A stretch of DNA of 64,000 nt from Chlamydiota bacterium. GTDB lineage: Bacteria > Auribacterota > Tritonobacteria > UBA1439. The first letter of the stretch is position 1; each line of letters starts with the position of its first letter. The notes below the pieces were generated by a model. That model worked only from the letters and a program-made list of their open reading frames with translations, made no database searches and was not told the DNA's origin. The position numbers and the translations under genes are program-made. The stretch is from positions 29,743-93,742 of the forward strand of contig JAAYCL010000042.1 of the NCBI GenBank assembly GCA_012729785.1, read 5' to 3'. This document shows, piece after piece, positions 16,140 through 25,182 of this stretch.

Positions 16140-17678
16140 ATGGACCGGCAGATCATCATCAGCGTCGAGCCCCGCGAGACCCGCGTGGGCATACTGGAGG
16201 ACGGCAAGCTCCAGGAGATACTCATCGAGCGTGCGCAGGAGAAGACGCTCGTCGGCAACATCTATAAAGGGGTGGTCCGGAACGTCCTCCCGGCGATCCA
16301 GGCCGCCTTCGTGGACATCGGGCTCGATCGCAACGGCTTCCTCCACGCCTCCGACATCACCAGCGAGGTGGCCGCCTGCAGGGAGATCGCGGGCGAGGAG
16401 GTCGAGGGGATCGAACTCTCCCCGAGGGAGCTGAAACGGGAGCCGATCGACACGCTGATCCAGAAGGGCCAGGAGGTGCTGGTCCAGATCATCAAGGAGC
16501 CGATCGGCACCAAGGGCGTCCGCCTCTCCACCAACCTCTCCATAGCCGGCCGCTACCTGGTGATGATGCCCGGTGCGCGGCAGATCGGGATCTCCCGGCG
16601 CATCGAGGAGCAGGCGGAGCGCCGCCGGCTCCGGCAGATCCTCCGCGAGATTCAGCCCCCCCACGACGTCGGGTTTATCGTCCGCACCGTCGGCCAGGGC
16701 GCATCGCGGGAGGAGTTCGAGAAGGATATCCGCTACCTCACCGACCTCTGGCGCGGCATCCAGCGGCAGGCCCCGCAGGCGGCCTGTCCCTCCCTCGTGC
16801 ACGAGGAGCTCAACCTCGTCCTCCGCGTGCTCCGCGACTCCCTCACCGAGGACGTATCGAAGATCGTCGTGGACTCCAAGGACGAGCACGCCGCCATCGC
16901 GCGCTTCGTCGACGCCCTGATGCCGAACATGGGGGCGAAGATCGTCTACCACGGCGACCGCGACCATGTCTTCGACAGTTACGGGATCGAGAAGGAGATA
17001 GAGAAGGCGCAGCGCCGGAAGGTGTGGCTCAGGTGCGGCGGCTACCTGATCGTCGACCAGACCGAGGCGATGGTGGTCATCGACGTGAACAGCGGCCGGT
17101 GCCTGAACAAGCGCAACATCGACGACACCATCCTCGAGACCAACATGCAGGCGGTCGAGGAGGCTGCGCGCCAGATACGGCTCCGCAACATCGGGGGGAT
17201 CATCATCATCGACTTCATCGACATGCATTTCCGCAAGCACCAGCGGATGGTCGAGAAGGCGATGGAGCAGGCGGTGCGGCGGGACAAGGCCAAGACCAAC
17301 ATCTTCTCCCTGTCGCCGCTGGGGATACTCCAGATGACGCGCGAGCGGGTGAAGGAGAGCCTGAGCGAGGCCGTCTACGAGGCCTGCCCCTACTGCGGCG
17401 GCGGCGGCAAGGTCAAGTCGGCGGAGAGCATGAGCATCGAGGTGCAGCGCCTGGTGAAGCTGGCGCTGCGCGGGACCCGAAGGTTGCGGCGGCTGCCGAT
17501 CCGCGTCCAGGCCCACCCGAGCGTCTGCCGGCTCCTCGAGCACGGGGACCGGGAGGCGCTGCGGGAGCTCGAGGAGCACTATCGCGGGACCGTCACGATC
17601 GAGCCGAGGGAGGAGTTCCACATCGAGACGGTGAAGCTCGTCAACGAGCGGACCGGGAAGACGCTGCGGGAGGAGTAG
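16140..17678 (+). CDS. rng: Ribonuclease G/E family
   Basis: GNIYKGVV..LPAIQAAFVDIG S1 domain, VIDVNSG, IIIDFIDM, CPYCGG; 512 aa with no long scaffold tail. Confidence 0.9.
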   Translation: MDRQIIISVEPRETRVGILEDGKLQEILIERAQEKTLVGNIYKGVVRNVLPAIQAAFVDIGLDRNGFLHASDITSEVAACREIAGEEVEGIELSPRELKREPIDTLIQKGQEVLVQIIKEPIGTKGVRLSTNLSIAGRYLVMMPGARQIGISRRIEEQAERRRLRQILREIQPPHDVGFIVRTVGQGASREEFEKDIRYLTDLWRGIQRQAPQAACPSLVHEELNLVLRVLRDSLTEDVSKIVVDSKDEHAAIARFVDALMPNMGAKIVYHGDRDHVFDSYGIEKEIEKAQRRKVWLRCGGYLIVDQTEAMVVIDVNSGRCLNKRNIDDTILETNMQAVEEAARQIRLRNIGGIIIIDFIDMHFRKHQRMVEKAMEQAVRRDKAKTNIFSLSPLGILQMTRERVKESLSEAVYEACPYCGGGGKVKSAESMSIEVQRLVKLALRGTRRLRRLPIRVQAHPSVCRLLEHGDREALRELEEHYRGTVTIEPREEFHIETVKLVNERTGKTLREE

Positions 17679-17683
17679 GGCGC

Positions 17684-18799
17684 TCAGGCCGCCCGGACGA
17701 ACGCCATCACGATCTCGAACAGGATGAGCAGCACGATGATCAGTTCGAGCAGGTTGGAGCGCATGTTGTAGGCGCGCATCGTGAGGGTGTCGGAGATTTC
17801 GCCTAGCGCCGCGAGCTTGCGGTCGAGCCCCCGCTTCCATTCGTTGAGATAGAGGCGCGCGCCGATGGCGCGGTGCACCCGCGCGGCGTAGAGGGTGTCG
17901 ATCGCCTTGAGCGAGTTGTCGATCTGGTCGGTGAGCCAGACGACCTCCGCCATCAGCAGCATCGTGCGCTTGGAGAGACGGCGCACCCCCGTCCCGACGA
18001 GGGTCGACCCGCGCCCCCCCTCCCGGCGGATGTCGCGTTCCAGCGCGTCCAGCTCCCCGTCCAGCCACCAGTCGTAGTACCGCATCTCGAGGAGCTGGGT
18101 GTTGGCGAACTCGATGATGTGGATATGGTCGGTGTGCTCCTCCCGGTCGTAGATGAACGCCCGGTCCCAGTCCACCACGAGCAGGTCGTCGGGGTAGTAG
18201 GAGATGCGGTTCGAGAGGGCGTTGGCCGTCTCCTGGGCGCTCAGCGGACGCTCCTCGGCCCTGAGGATCCTCGCGATCTCGTCTCCGTGCCGTTCGATCA
18301 ACTCCTGTTCGGTCAGCGGCTCGTCCAGGCGTGTGACATGGATGATGGTATAGTCCTCCACGAGGTCGCTCTCGATCGGGCGGTGGAGGGCGGGGGCGAC
18401 GATGCCGCGCACCTTCCGGAGGTAGTGCGCCGAGAGCGCGGGGAACGGCCCCTCCTCGGAGAGCTCCGCGGAGAGGGCGGCGAGCGTCTCGAGGCCGCCG
18501 TGGAACGGCAGCGAGAAGCGGAGGCTGACCACGCCGTAGTCGAAGACGCGCGCCTGCACCGACACGGACACGGCCGCATGGCGGAGCCGCACCTTCTCCT
18601 CGCCGAGCCGGATGATGAGCGGCAGATTCTCGAAGCGGAGGTAGTGGCTCCTGGAGCGGCGCATCGACAGGACCCCCTCGGTCTGCTGCGCGCTGAGGAG
18701 CCTCTCGAGCGTGTCCACCTTCACCGCGTAGGCGAGCTCGTGGCAGTAGAAAAGATGTACGGCGCCCCTGACGACGGGGCCGCGGCCGCGCGTGGTCAT
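17684..18799 (-). CDS. Conserved protein, DUF155/RMD1-like, with C-terminal TM helix
   Basis: RVFDYGVVSL, DLLVVDWDRAFIYD, EFANTQLLEMRYYD, LELIIVLLILFEI; RBS GGAGGAG. Confidence 0.65.
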   Translation of the reverse strand: MTTRGRGPVVRGAVHLFYCHELAYAVKVDTLERLLSAQQTEGVLSMRRSRSHYLRFENLPLIIRLGEEKVRLRHAAVSVSVQARVFDYGVVSLRFSLPFHGGLETLAALSAELSEEGPFPALSAHYLRKVRGIVAPALHRPIESDLVEDYTIIHVTRLDEPLTEQELIERHGDEIARILRAEERPLSAQETANALSNRISYYPDDLLVVDWDRAFIYDREEHTDHIHIIEFANTQLLEMRYYDWWLDGELDALERDIRREGGRGSTLVGTGVRRLSKRTMLLMAEVVWLTDQIDNSLKAIDTLYAARVHRAIGARLYLNEWKRGLDRKLAALGEISDTLTMRAYNMRSNLLELIIVLLILFEIVMAFVRAA

Positions 18800-18914
18800 T
18801 CGTCTCCTCCAACGATACAGTATACCAGAGTTCAGGGAGGGGGGCGTCTCCGGAAGGCCCGTATTGCGGGGGCCGGCAGTCCGTGCTACATTGAAAAACA
18901 AAGGGAAACGTTCG

Positions 18915-20309
18915 ATGCCGCGTCTGCAAAAAGTCCTCCTCATCGTCGTCGCCTGCGTCCCGTGGGGCGCCCCCGCCGCCGGCGCGCCGAGGGAGCTTCT
19001 CCGCTTCGAGCGCGGCGATTCGTTGGAGACGCTCCGCTTCAAGATCAGGCACAACGGCTACTCGTTCACGGTCGGCCGCACCTGGGTCTACGATCTCTCC
19101 CCGGATGCGCGGGAGGCGATGCGCGGCCGCCGTCCGGGCGCGGTCGTCGCCTCCGCCGCGGACGACATCGGCCCGCTGGCCAACCGCCTCGGGGAAACGC
19201 TCCCCGAAAAGTTCGACTGGCGCGACCTCGCCGGACGCTCCTACATAGGCCCGATCCGGAACCAGGGGACCTGCGGCTCGTGCTACGCCTTCGCCGCGGC
19301 GGCCGCGGCGGAGGGGACGTACAATTTCGCCCTCGGCATGTACGACGGCGCCTGCGTCGATTTCTCCGAGGCGTTCATCGTCTGGTGTCTCGGCGCACTG
19401 CCGGAGTACCAGACCCACCTCTACGGCTGCGGCGGCGCCGATTACAAATACGCGGAGCTCGACGCCCTCACCCGCGAGGGGATTCCGTTCGAGTCGGTGT
19501 TTCGGTATGCCGACGAGGATTCGCAGGCGTGCCCCGACGCGGCCCGTGCCGCCCCGCGGGCGGTGTTCAAATCCTGGCACCGGATCACCAGCGGCGACAT
19601 CGAGGCGATCAAGACCGCGATAAACGCCTACGGCCCGGTGGACGCGGCGGTTTTGACGAACGATGCGTTCCTCGCCTATACGGGAGGCGTCTACGATGAC
19701 GCCAACACCGACTGTCCGGATGGCGACCAGACGGAGACGGACCACGCGGTCTCGCTTGTGGGATGGGACGACAGCCCCCCGGATGGCGGAGGGGGATACT
19801 GGATCCTGCGGAACTCGTACGGACGGGACTGGGGCGAGGACGGCTACATGCGGATACGCTATGGCGCCGCGAGGGTCTCATGCGCGGTCAGCTACCTTGT
19901 CTACGACGCCTCCGCGGGCCCGGTGCCCACGCCGGTCCCTCCGGTGCTCCTCTCATGCGCCCCCGACCCTCCCACGGTGGGAGCCCCGTTCACCGTCGAC
20001 GTGACGGTACAGCCCTGGTCGGGGCGGACGGTGGATGCGTGGGCGGTCATTTTCAGTCCGCAGGGCGCCGTCTACTCGTTCAATCCCGCCGATCCCGCCT
20101 CCCTCCTGAACCGTGCCGCGCCGCTGGCCGTCTCCATCCCGGGGCTCGCGGGCGCGTATTCGCATCGGCTGCTCGCCCTGACCGTCCCGCAGGGCGTTTC
20201 CGGGGGCTACCGGATCGTCGCCGGGCTCGTGCCGGCGGGCGTGGCGCCGACCGGTCCCGAGAGCGCGGTCGACGGCTATCTGGCGCAGCGGGAGATCGTC
20301 GTCCCCTGA
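18915..20309 (+). CDS. Secreted papain-like C1A cysteine protease with C-terminal beta-rich domain
   Basis: FDWR, QGTCGSCYAF (Gln/Cys), DHAVSLVGW (His), WILRNSYG (Asn); signal peptide. Confidence 0.9.
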   Translation: MPRLQKVLLIVVACVPWGAPAAGAPRELLRFERGDSLETLRFKIRHNGYSFTVGRTWVYDLSPDAREAMRGRRPGAVVASAADDIGPLANRLGETLPEKFDWRDLAGRSYIGPIRNQGTCGSCYAFAAAAAAEGTYNFALGMYDGACVDFSEAFIVWCLGALPEYQTHLYGCGGADYKYAELDALTREGIPFESVFRYADEDSQACPDAARAAPRAVFKSWHRITSGDIEAIKTAINAYGPVDAAVLTNDAFLAYTGGVYDDANTDCPDGDQTETDHAVSLVGWDDSPPDGGGGYWILRNSYGRDWGEDGYMRIRYGAARVSCAVSYLVYDASAGPVPTPVPPVLLSCAPDPPTVGAPFTVDVTVQPWSGRTVDAWAVIFSPQGAVYSFNPADPASLLNRAAPLAVSIPGLAGAYSHRLLALTVPQGVSGGYRIVAGLVPAGVAPTGPESAVDGYLAQREIVVP

Positions 20310-20749
20310 TGCGCGGGAGCTGACGCGCCGGATCTCCTCGCGTCCCGCCGCGTCGGAGCGCCGCCGCCGGCGGAGACAAGCCCGATGGAGCGGTTCGCCC
20401 TCGCGCGGTGCCTCCCCGCCACTCTCGCCTGCGCCGCGCCCGGCCCGCTCCGATGCGTCCGAGAAACCGATCATGCGGCCGGGGATCGAGATTCCGCGCC
20501 GATGGATGGAGGAGGACCCCGCCCTCCCCGAGGCCTCTTCCTGCTCCCTCCGGTGGCGGAACCTCGGCCGCGGCGCCCGCCGCCTCGAGGGGGGCGGGGT
20601 GAGCGCCGTGAGCCCGCGCACCCCCTCGGGCGCCCGCGCCTGCATCGGCTCGGTTCACCGCGCCGCGTTCACGATGCGCCGAATCGGCGCGGTTGATTCA
20701 GGGCGGCGGGTGTGCTACAAAAGGGCGAGCAGCAACCGGGAGGTTTGCC

Positions 20750-20983
20750 ATGGCGGTGCGCGCGTACATATTCGTGGAGGTCACGCAGGGCAAGGCGCTT
20801 GAGATCAGGGACCGGGTCGCGGTCATCCGCGGCGTGAAGGAGGTGCACTCGGTCACGGGCCCCTACGACCTGATCGCCCGCGTGGAGGGGGACGACATCG
20901 GGATGCTCGGGGAGTTCATCGTCTCGCAGATACAGAACGTCCCCGGCGTGGTGCGGACGCTGACGAACATCATCGTGGAGTGA
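20750..20983 (+). CDS. Stand-alone Lrp/AsnC ligand-binding (RAM) domain protein
   Basis: AYIFVEV...HSVTGPYDLIARVE...VPGVVRTLT; 77 aa with no HTH. Confidence 0.85.
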   Translation: MAVRAYIFVEVTQGKALEIRDRVAVIRGVKEVHSVTGPYDLIARVEGDDIGMLGEFIVSQIQNVPGVVRTLTNIIVE

Positions 20984-21022
20984 GGGGGAACCGAGGCGGT
21001 GATACCAAGCGGAGCGGTGCGG

Positions 21023-21421
21023 ATGACAAAGATCGGATCGGTTCGGATGGCGGCCGCGGCGCTGCTGCTTTCGGGGGCGGGCCTGTGCTGCGGGTGCGAC
21101 CGGCTGCAGGGGGTGCTCGACTCGCTCGGCGGGGTCTTCGGGGGCGCGGCGGCGTCGGGGAAGAGGAGCGCGCTCGCGAGCGATCATGCGCGGGTGCTGC
21201 GCAGGTTCGGGGAGCCGCGCGAGAAGATCGGGGTGGGGAGGAAACCCCGCACGGAGAACGGCATCAGCCACGACCGCAAGTGGAACTACTACTACCCCTC
21301 CCGGCCCGGCGCCAAGCCGGTGATGCGGACCGTCTACTTCCTGAACGACCGGTGCGTCGGCTCGGTCATCCACCAGCCCGACGGAAAGATCAGGAAGGAG
21401 ACCCTCCGGTTCAGCTACTGA
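21023..21421 (+). CDS. Hypothetical lipoprotein
   Basis: Hydrophobic leader ending GLCCGC; GC3-biased coding pattern. Confidence 0.6.
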   Translation: MTKIGSVRMAAAALLLSGAGLCCGCDRLQGVLDSLGGVFGGAAASGKRSALASDHARVLRRFGEPREKIGVGRKPRTENGISHDRKWNYYYPSRPGAKPVMRTVYFLNDRCVGSVIHQPDGKIRKETLRFSY

Positions 21422-21455
21422 ATCCGGCCGTCCGGGCGTCCCCCGCCGCGCGCGC

Positions 21456-21998
21456 CTACTCCACCATCCCCGCCGCGTCCAAGGCGCGCTCCCCCTCGAC
21501 GATCTCGGCGTCGCTCGGGGCCTCGGACGGCGGGGGAGGGAGGGGAGGCGCGTCCGCGGGGACGAGCTGCGGTTCGGGATCGGGGGGCGCCCCGGCGGGC
21601 AGGGCCACCTGCTCGGTCACCGTCTCCACTCCCGGCGGGGGGACCAGCATCTGCCCCATCGCCTCCACCTTCACCTTCCGGTCCTTCTTCTTCCCGTCCG
21701 CCCCGAGGAAGGTCAGCTTGATCGAGTCCTTCAGCATCGAGGGGATCCGCACCGCGAACGAGCCGTCGGCGGCGACCATCCCGGCGGCGCTCTGCTTGGT
21801 CTTCTTGCTCTGCGCCATCACCCGCACCGGCGCCAGCCCGCCGATCACGGTCCCCGGCGCCCCTTGGACGACGACGAACCCCTGCGCGTCGATCGGGCTC
21901 ACGGCGATGGTCTCCTTGACGATTTTGATGTCGACCCCGCCGGCGTGCGCGGCGCCGGCGAGGAGGAGAAGAACGGCTGCTGCTGCGATCGTCTTCAT
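21456..21998 (-). CDS. Hypothetical secreted protein with Pro-rich tail
   Basis: MKTIAAAAVLLLLAGAAHA signal peptide; GGTATACT -10 upstream. Confidence 0.65.
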   Translation of the reverse strand: MKTIAAAAVLLLLAGAAHAGGVDIKIVKETIAVSPIDAQGFVVVQGAPGTVIGGLAPVRVMAQSKKTKQSAAGMVAADGSFAVRIPSMLKDSIKLTFLGADGKKKDRKVKVEAMGQMLVPPPGVETVTEQVALPAGAPPDPEPQLVPADAPPLPPPPSEAPSDAEIVEGERALDAAGMVE

Positions 21999-22189
21999 GC
22001 GGTGCGGCCCCCTCGTGTTGTCCGGTTTCCCAGAGCAGTATACCCGAGCCCGCGCGCGGAGGGCAACGGGGAACGGCGACCCCTTCGGCGCCGCGGACGC
22101 GTCGGCGCGCGGGGTTTCCCACGGCGCGGTTGCGTCTGCCGCTCGCAGGGCATATACTACCCCCCGCTGCGCAACGGAAGGAATGCGAA

Positions 22190-22870
22190 ATGGACACGCT
22201 GAAGACGAAGGCGGTGGGGCGGATCGAGGAGGCGATGCGGGGCGTCGAGGATGGGTCGCTGCGGCACCGGATCTTGAAGAGCGCCAAGGAGTTCAAGGTT
22301 TCATGGGTGGAGCTCGGCAGGGCGCTCTACACGGCATGGAAAGACAAGCTGTTCAAGTCGTGGGGCTACACGACCTTCGACGCCTACACCGCCGGGGAGA
22401 TCGGCATACGGAAGGCGACGGCGCTGAAGCTCCTCAAGTCGTACTACTTCCTCGAGAAGGAGCGCTCGCCGTACCTCGACGAGGAGTACCTGGACTCCTC
22501 CGAGGCGGTCAGGGTGCCGCCGGTCGAGTCGATCGACCTCCTGCGGCGCGCGAAGGAGGGGAAGAAGATCGACGAGGAGGATTATGCGGCGCTGCGCTCG
22601 TCGGTCTTCGAGAAGGGGAACGACCCCGGCGACGTCAAGCGCGAGCTCACGCGGATGATCACGCAACGGCGGGAGCTCGATCCCGACGAGGCGTTCGCGA
22701 CGCGGCAGCGGGCGGCGCTGAAGCGGCTTCTCGGGACGCTCCGGTCGCTCGCTCGGGAGGCGGAGGTCTCCACGCTCCTCTCCGCGGCGCTGCTCCGGGA
22801 GATCGCGGGGCTTGTGCAGAGACTCGAGGCGGAACTCGGCGGCGCGGCGGGACGGGGGGAGGAGCGATGA
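22190..22870 (+). CDS. Conserved hypothetical helical protein (possible DUF3102-like/HTH N-terminus)
   Basis: FKVSWVELGRAL..WGYTTFDAYTAGEIGIRKATALKL; strong coding bias; overlaps the next gene by ATGA. Confidence 0.65.
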   Translation: MDTLKTKAVGRIEEAMRGVEDGSLRHRILKSAKEFKVSWVELGRALYTAWKDKLFKSWGYTTFDAYTAGEIGIRKATALKLLKSYYFLEKERSPYLDEEYLDSSEAVRVPPVESIDLLRRAKEGKKIDEEDYAALRSSVFEKGNDPGDVKRELTRMITQRRELDPDEAFATRQRAALKRLLGTLRSLAREAEVSTLLSAALLREIAGLVQRLEAELGGAAGRGEER

Positions 22871-23214
22871 AGGACCGGACCGCGACCGTCGCGGCGCTCA
22901 AAGGGGCGGTGGCGCGCTTCATCCGCGCGCGGGAGTGGGAGCAGTTCCACTCGCCCAAGAATCTCAGCATGGCGGTGAGCATCGAGGCGGCCGAACTGAT
23001 GGAGCTCTTCCAGTGGATGGAGGTGGAGGAGGCGCGGCGGAAGGCCGCCTCCCCGCGGCTGCGGAAGAGGATCGAGGAGGAGATCGCGGATATCGCCATC
23101 TACACCCTGAGTCTCTGCCACGCGCTGGGCCTCGATCTCTCCTCGTGCATCGAGAAGAAGATCGTCAGGAACGAGAAGAAATACCCCGTCGAGAAGTGCA
23201 GGGGCAGGTACTGA
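22867..23214 (+). CDS. MazG-like nucleotide pyrophosphohydrolase (dCTPase-like)
   Basis: REWEQFHSPKNLSMAVSIEAAELMELFQW...EEIADIAIY...KKYP. Confidence 0.9.
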   Translation: MKDRTATVAALKGAVARFIRAREWEQFHSPKNLSMAVSIEAAELMELFQWMEVEEARRKAASPRLRKRIEEEIADIAIYTLSLCHALGLDLSSCIEKKIVRNEKKYPVEKCRGRY

Positions 23215-23387
23215 GACGCGTCGGGCCTGTCGGGCACGGCCCTTTTCCATACGCCTCTTTCCCGCGGTATACAGGCGCACACCATTCTTCTTCCCACCGG
23301 CCGCACCGTCGAATTCCGCTCCCAAACGACATATCGACATACCGGGAGAACGACATACCGGAATTGGAAAAATACTGATTTTTCTCG

Positions 23388-23416
23388 TTGACATAGTGGG
23401 GGGACTACTCTATATT
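23388..23416 (+). promoter_or_regulatory. sigma70 promoter of the dcw operon
   Basis: TTGACA(23388)-17 nt-TATATT(23411). Confidence 0.85.
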
Positions 23417-23450
23417 TTGGCGCAGAGTGGTGAGAAGTGGAGTAAAGTGG
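23395..23450 (+). promoter_or_regulatory. MraZ-binding direct repeats
   Basis: AGTGG at 23426, 23436 and 23446 (exact 10-bp period) plus one at 23395, matching the known GTGG repeat architecture upstream of mraZ. Confidence 0.8.
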
Positions 23451-23483
23451 TGTAAGCGCTTCTAAGCCCGAGGTGTCAAGACA

Positions 23484-23942
23484 ATGTTCTACGGCCAGTT
23501 CAGACATTCGATTGACAGCAAGGGACGCCTGATCATCCCCGCCAAATTCAGGGACGCGCTCCGCGAGAATTACATCGAGAAGTTCTGGGTGACCCGCGGC
23601 ATCGAGCGCTGCGTCTACGTCTACACCCCGCGCGAGTGGAACCTCCTGATGGCGAAGTTCAAGGAGCTCTCCCTCACCGCCGGGAAGGCGAGGGACTTCC
23701 TCCGGGGCATGGTCTCCAACGCCTCCGAGGTCGAATGCGACAAGCAGGGGCGGATCATGCTCCCGCAGAACCTCCTCGCGCTCGCCGGGATCACCCGGGA
23801 CGTGGTGGTGGCGGGGATGCTGAGCAGGTTCGAGATATGGGACGAGGCGAGCTGGAAGAGGTACGAGGAGGAGCGAGGGGAGAACTTCGAGGAGATCGCC
23901 GAACAGCTCAACGCGCAGCTCGATGCGGCGCGGGGGCTGTGA
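23484..23942 (+). CDS. mraZ: Division/cell wall cluster transcriptional repressor MraZ
   Basis: MFYGQFRHSIDSKGRLIIP and DKQGRIMLP repeats. Confidence 0.95.
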   Translation: MFYGQFRHSIDSKGRLIIPAKFRDALRENYIEKFWVTRGIERCVYVYTPREWNLLMAKFKELSLTAGKARDFLRGMVSNASEVECDKQGRIMLPQNLLALAGITRDVVVAGMLSRFEIWDEASWKRYEEERGENFEEIAEQLNAQLDAARGL

Positions 23943-24031
23943 GGGGACCGGGCGGGGGGACGCGCACGACGATGCATGCGGCGACGGGATCGACGGTGTT
24001 CGGGAAGCTGGAATTCGGGAGGGGGGTTCTG

Positions 24032-24247
24032 ATGAGACCTGCTCGAACGAGAAGGCCGCTTGCCGAGAAGATCCTCTTCTGGTGCCCCAGACTCGCCTCG
24101 GCGCTCACCGCGGCATGCGCGAAGGATGCGCGGCGGGGGGGGGGCGACGCGGGGACGCTGGCGTCGATGATGGCCGTGAGCGGGAGCATCGACCGCGCGG
24201 GGCGGGCGAGGAACTACTACCGGTTCTACATCCGCCCGATGGCCTGA
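24032..24247 (+). CDS. Small hypothetical protein (71 aa; alternative start 23972) coupled to rsmH
   Basis: GGGAGG RBS; TGA overlaps the rsmH ATG (TGATG); mostly G/C third positions. Confidence 0.5.
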   Translation: MRPARTRRPLAEKILFWCPRLASALTAACAKDARRGGGDAGTLASMMAVSGSIDRAGRARNYYRFYIRPMA

Positions 24248-25173
24248 TGGATGCGCCCCACCTTCCGGTGATGCGGGAGGAGGCGCTGCGGTTGCTCGGC
24301 CTCCGGCCGGGGATGCGCGTGGTCGACGCGACGGTGGGGTGCGGGGGGCACGCGGAGGAGATCGCGAGGCGGATCGGGCCCGGCGGGGTGTTGGTGGGGC
24401 TCGATTGGGACGGGGAGGCGCTCGAGATCGCGCGGAGGCGGCTCGAGAAGGCGGGCCCGGCGGTGCGGTTGCACCGGCGAAGTTTCGCGGAGCTCGCGGC
24501 GGTGCTCGCGGAAGAGGGGATCGGGGAAGCGGACGCACTGCTCTTTGACCTCGGGGTTTCGAGCTTGCAGCTCGACACGGCGGCGCGAGGATTCGGGTTT
24601 CGCGCCCGGGGACCCCTGGATATGCGGATGGACCGGCGCCGCGGCGTCACCGCGGAGGCGCTCCTCAGGGAGAAGGATCCGCGGGAACTGGAGCGGATCT
24701 TCAGGGAGTACGGCGAGGAGACGCTGGCGCGGCCGATCGTTCGGGAGTTCCTCAGGGCGGGCGCGCCGCGCGACACGGAGGCGCTCGCCGGGATCGCGTC
24801 GCGGGTCTACCGGCGCTTCGGGAGGAAGGGCGCGATCCATCCGGCGACGCGGATCTTTCAGGCGCTCCGGATCGCGGTGAACGACGAGCTCGGCGCCCTC
24901 GCCGCGGCCCTGCCGCAGGCGGCGGCGGCGGCCGCGAAGGGGGCGCGGATCGTGGTGATCAGCTTTCACTCGCTCGAGGACCGGATCGTGAAGAGGGCGT
25001 TCGCGGAGGGGGCGCGCGGGTGCATCTGCCCGCCGGGATTGCCGGTCTGCGGGTGCGGCGCCGCGGCGGCGCTGCGGCTGATCACGCGCAAGCCGCTGCG
25101 GCCGACAGCCGAGGAGACGGCGGCGAACCCGCGGGCGCGGAGCGCGCGGTTGCGGGCGGCGGAGAAGCTGTAA
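24247..25173 (+). CDS. rsmH: 16S rRNA m4C1402 methyltransferase
   Basis: HLPVMREE, DATVGCGGH, DLGVSSLQLD, HPATRIFQALRIAVNDEL, ISFHSLEDRIVK, NPRARSARLR. Confidence 0.95.
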   Translation: MDAPHLPVMREEALRLLGLRPGMRVVDATVGCGGHAEEIARRIGPGGVLVGLDWDGEALEIARRRLEKAGPAVRLHRRSFAELAAVLAEEGIGEADALLFDLGVSSLQLDTAARGFGFRARGPLDMRMDRRRGVTAEALLREKDPRELERIFREYGEETLARPIVREFLRAGAPRDTEALAGIASRVYRRFGRKGAIHPATRIFQALRIAVNDELGALAAALPQAAAAAAKGARIVVISFHSLEDRIVKRAFAEGARGCICPPGLPVCGCGAAAALRLITRKPLRPTAEETAANPRARSARLRAAEKL

Positions 25174-25182
25174 ACGGCGTTG

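Noticed and set aside
20310-20670. 360-bp intergenic stretch with several short ORFs
   Set aside because: No RBS-supported ORF with coding bias or motif, and only short GC hairpins.
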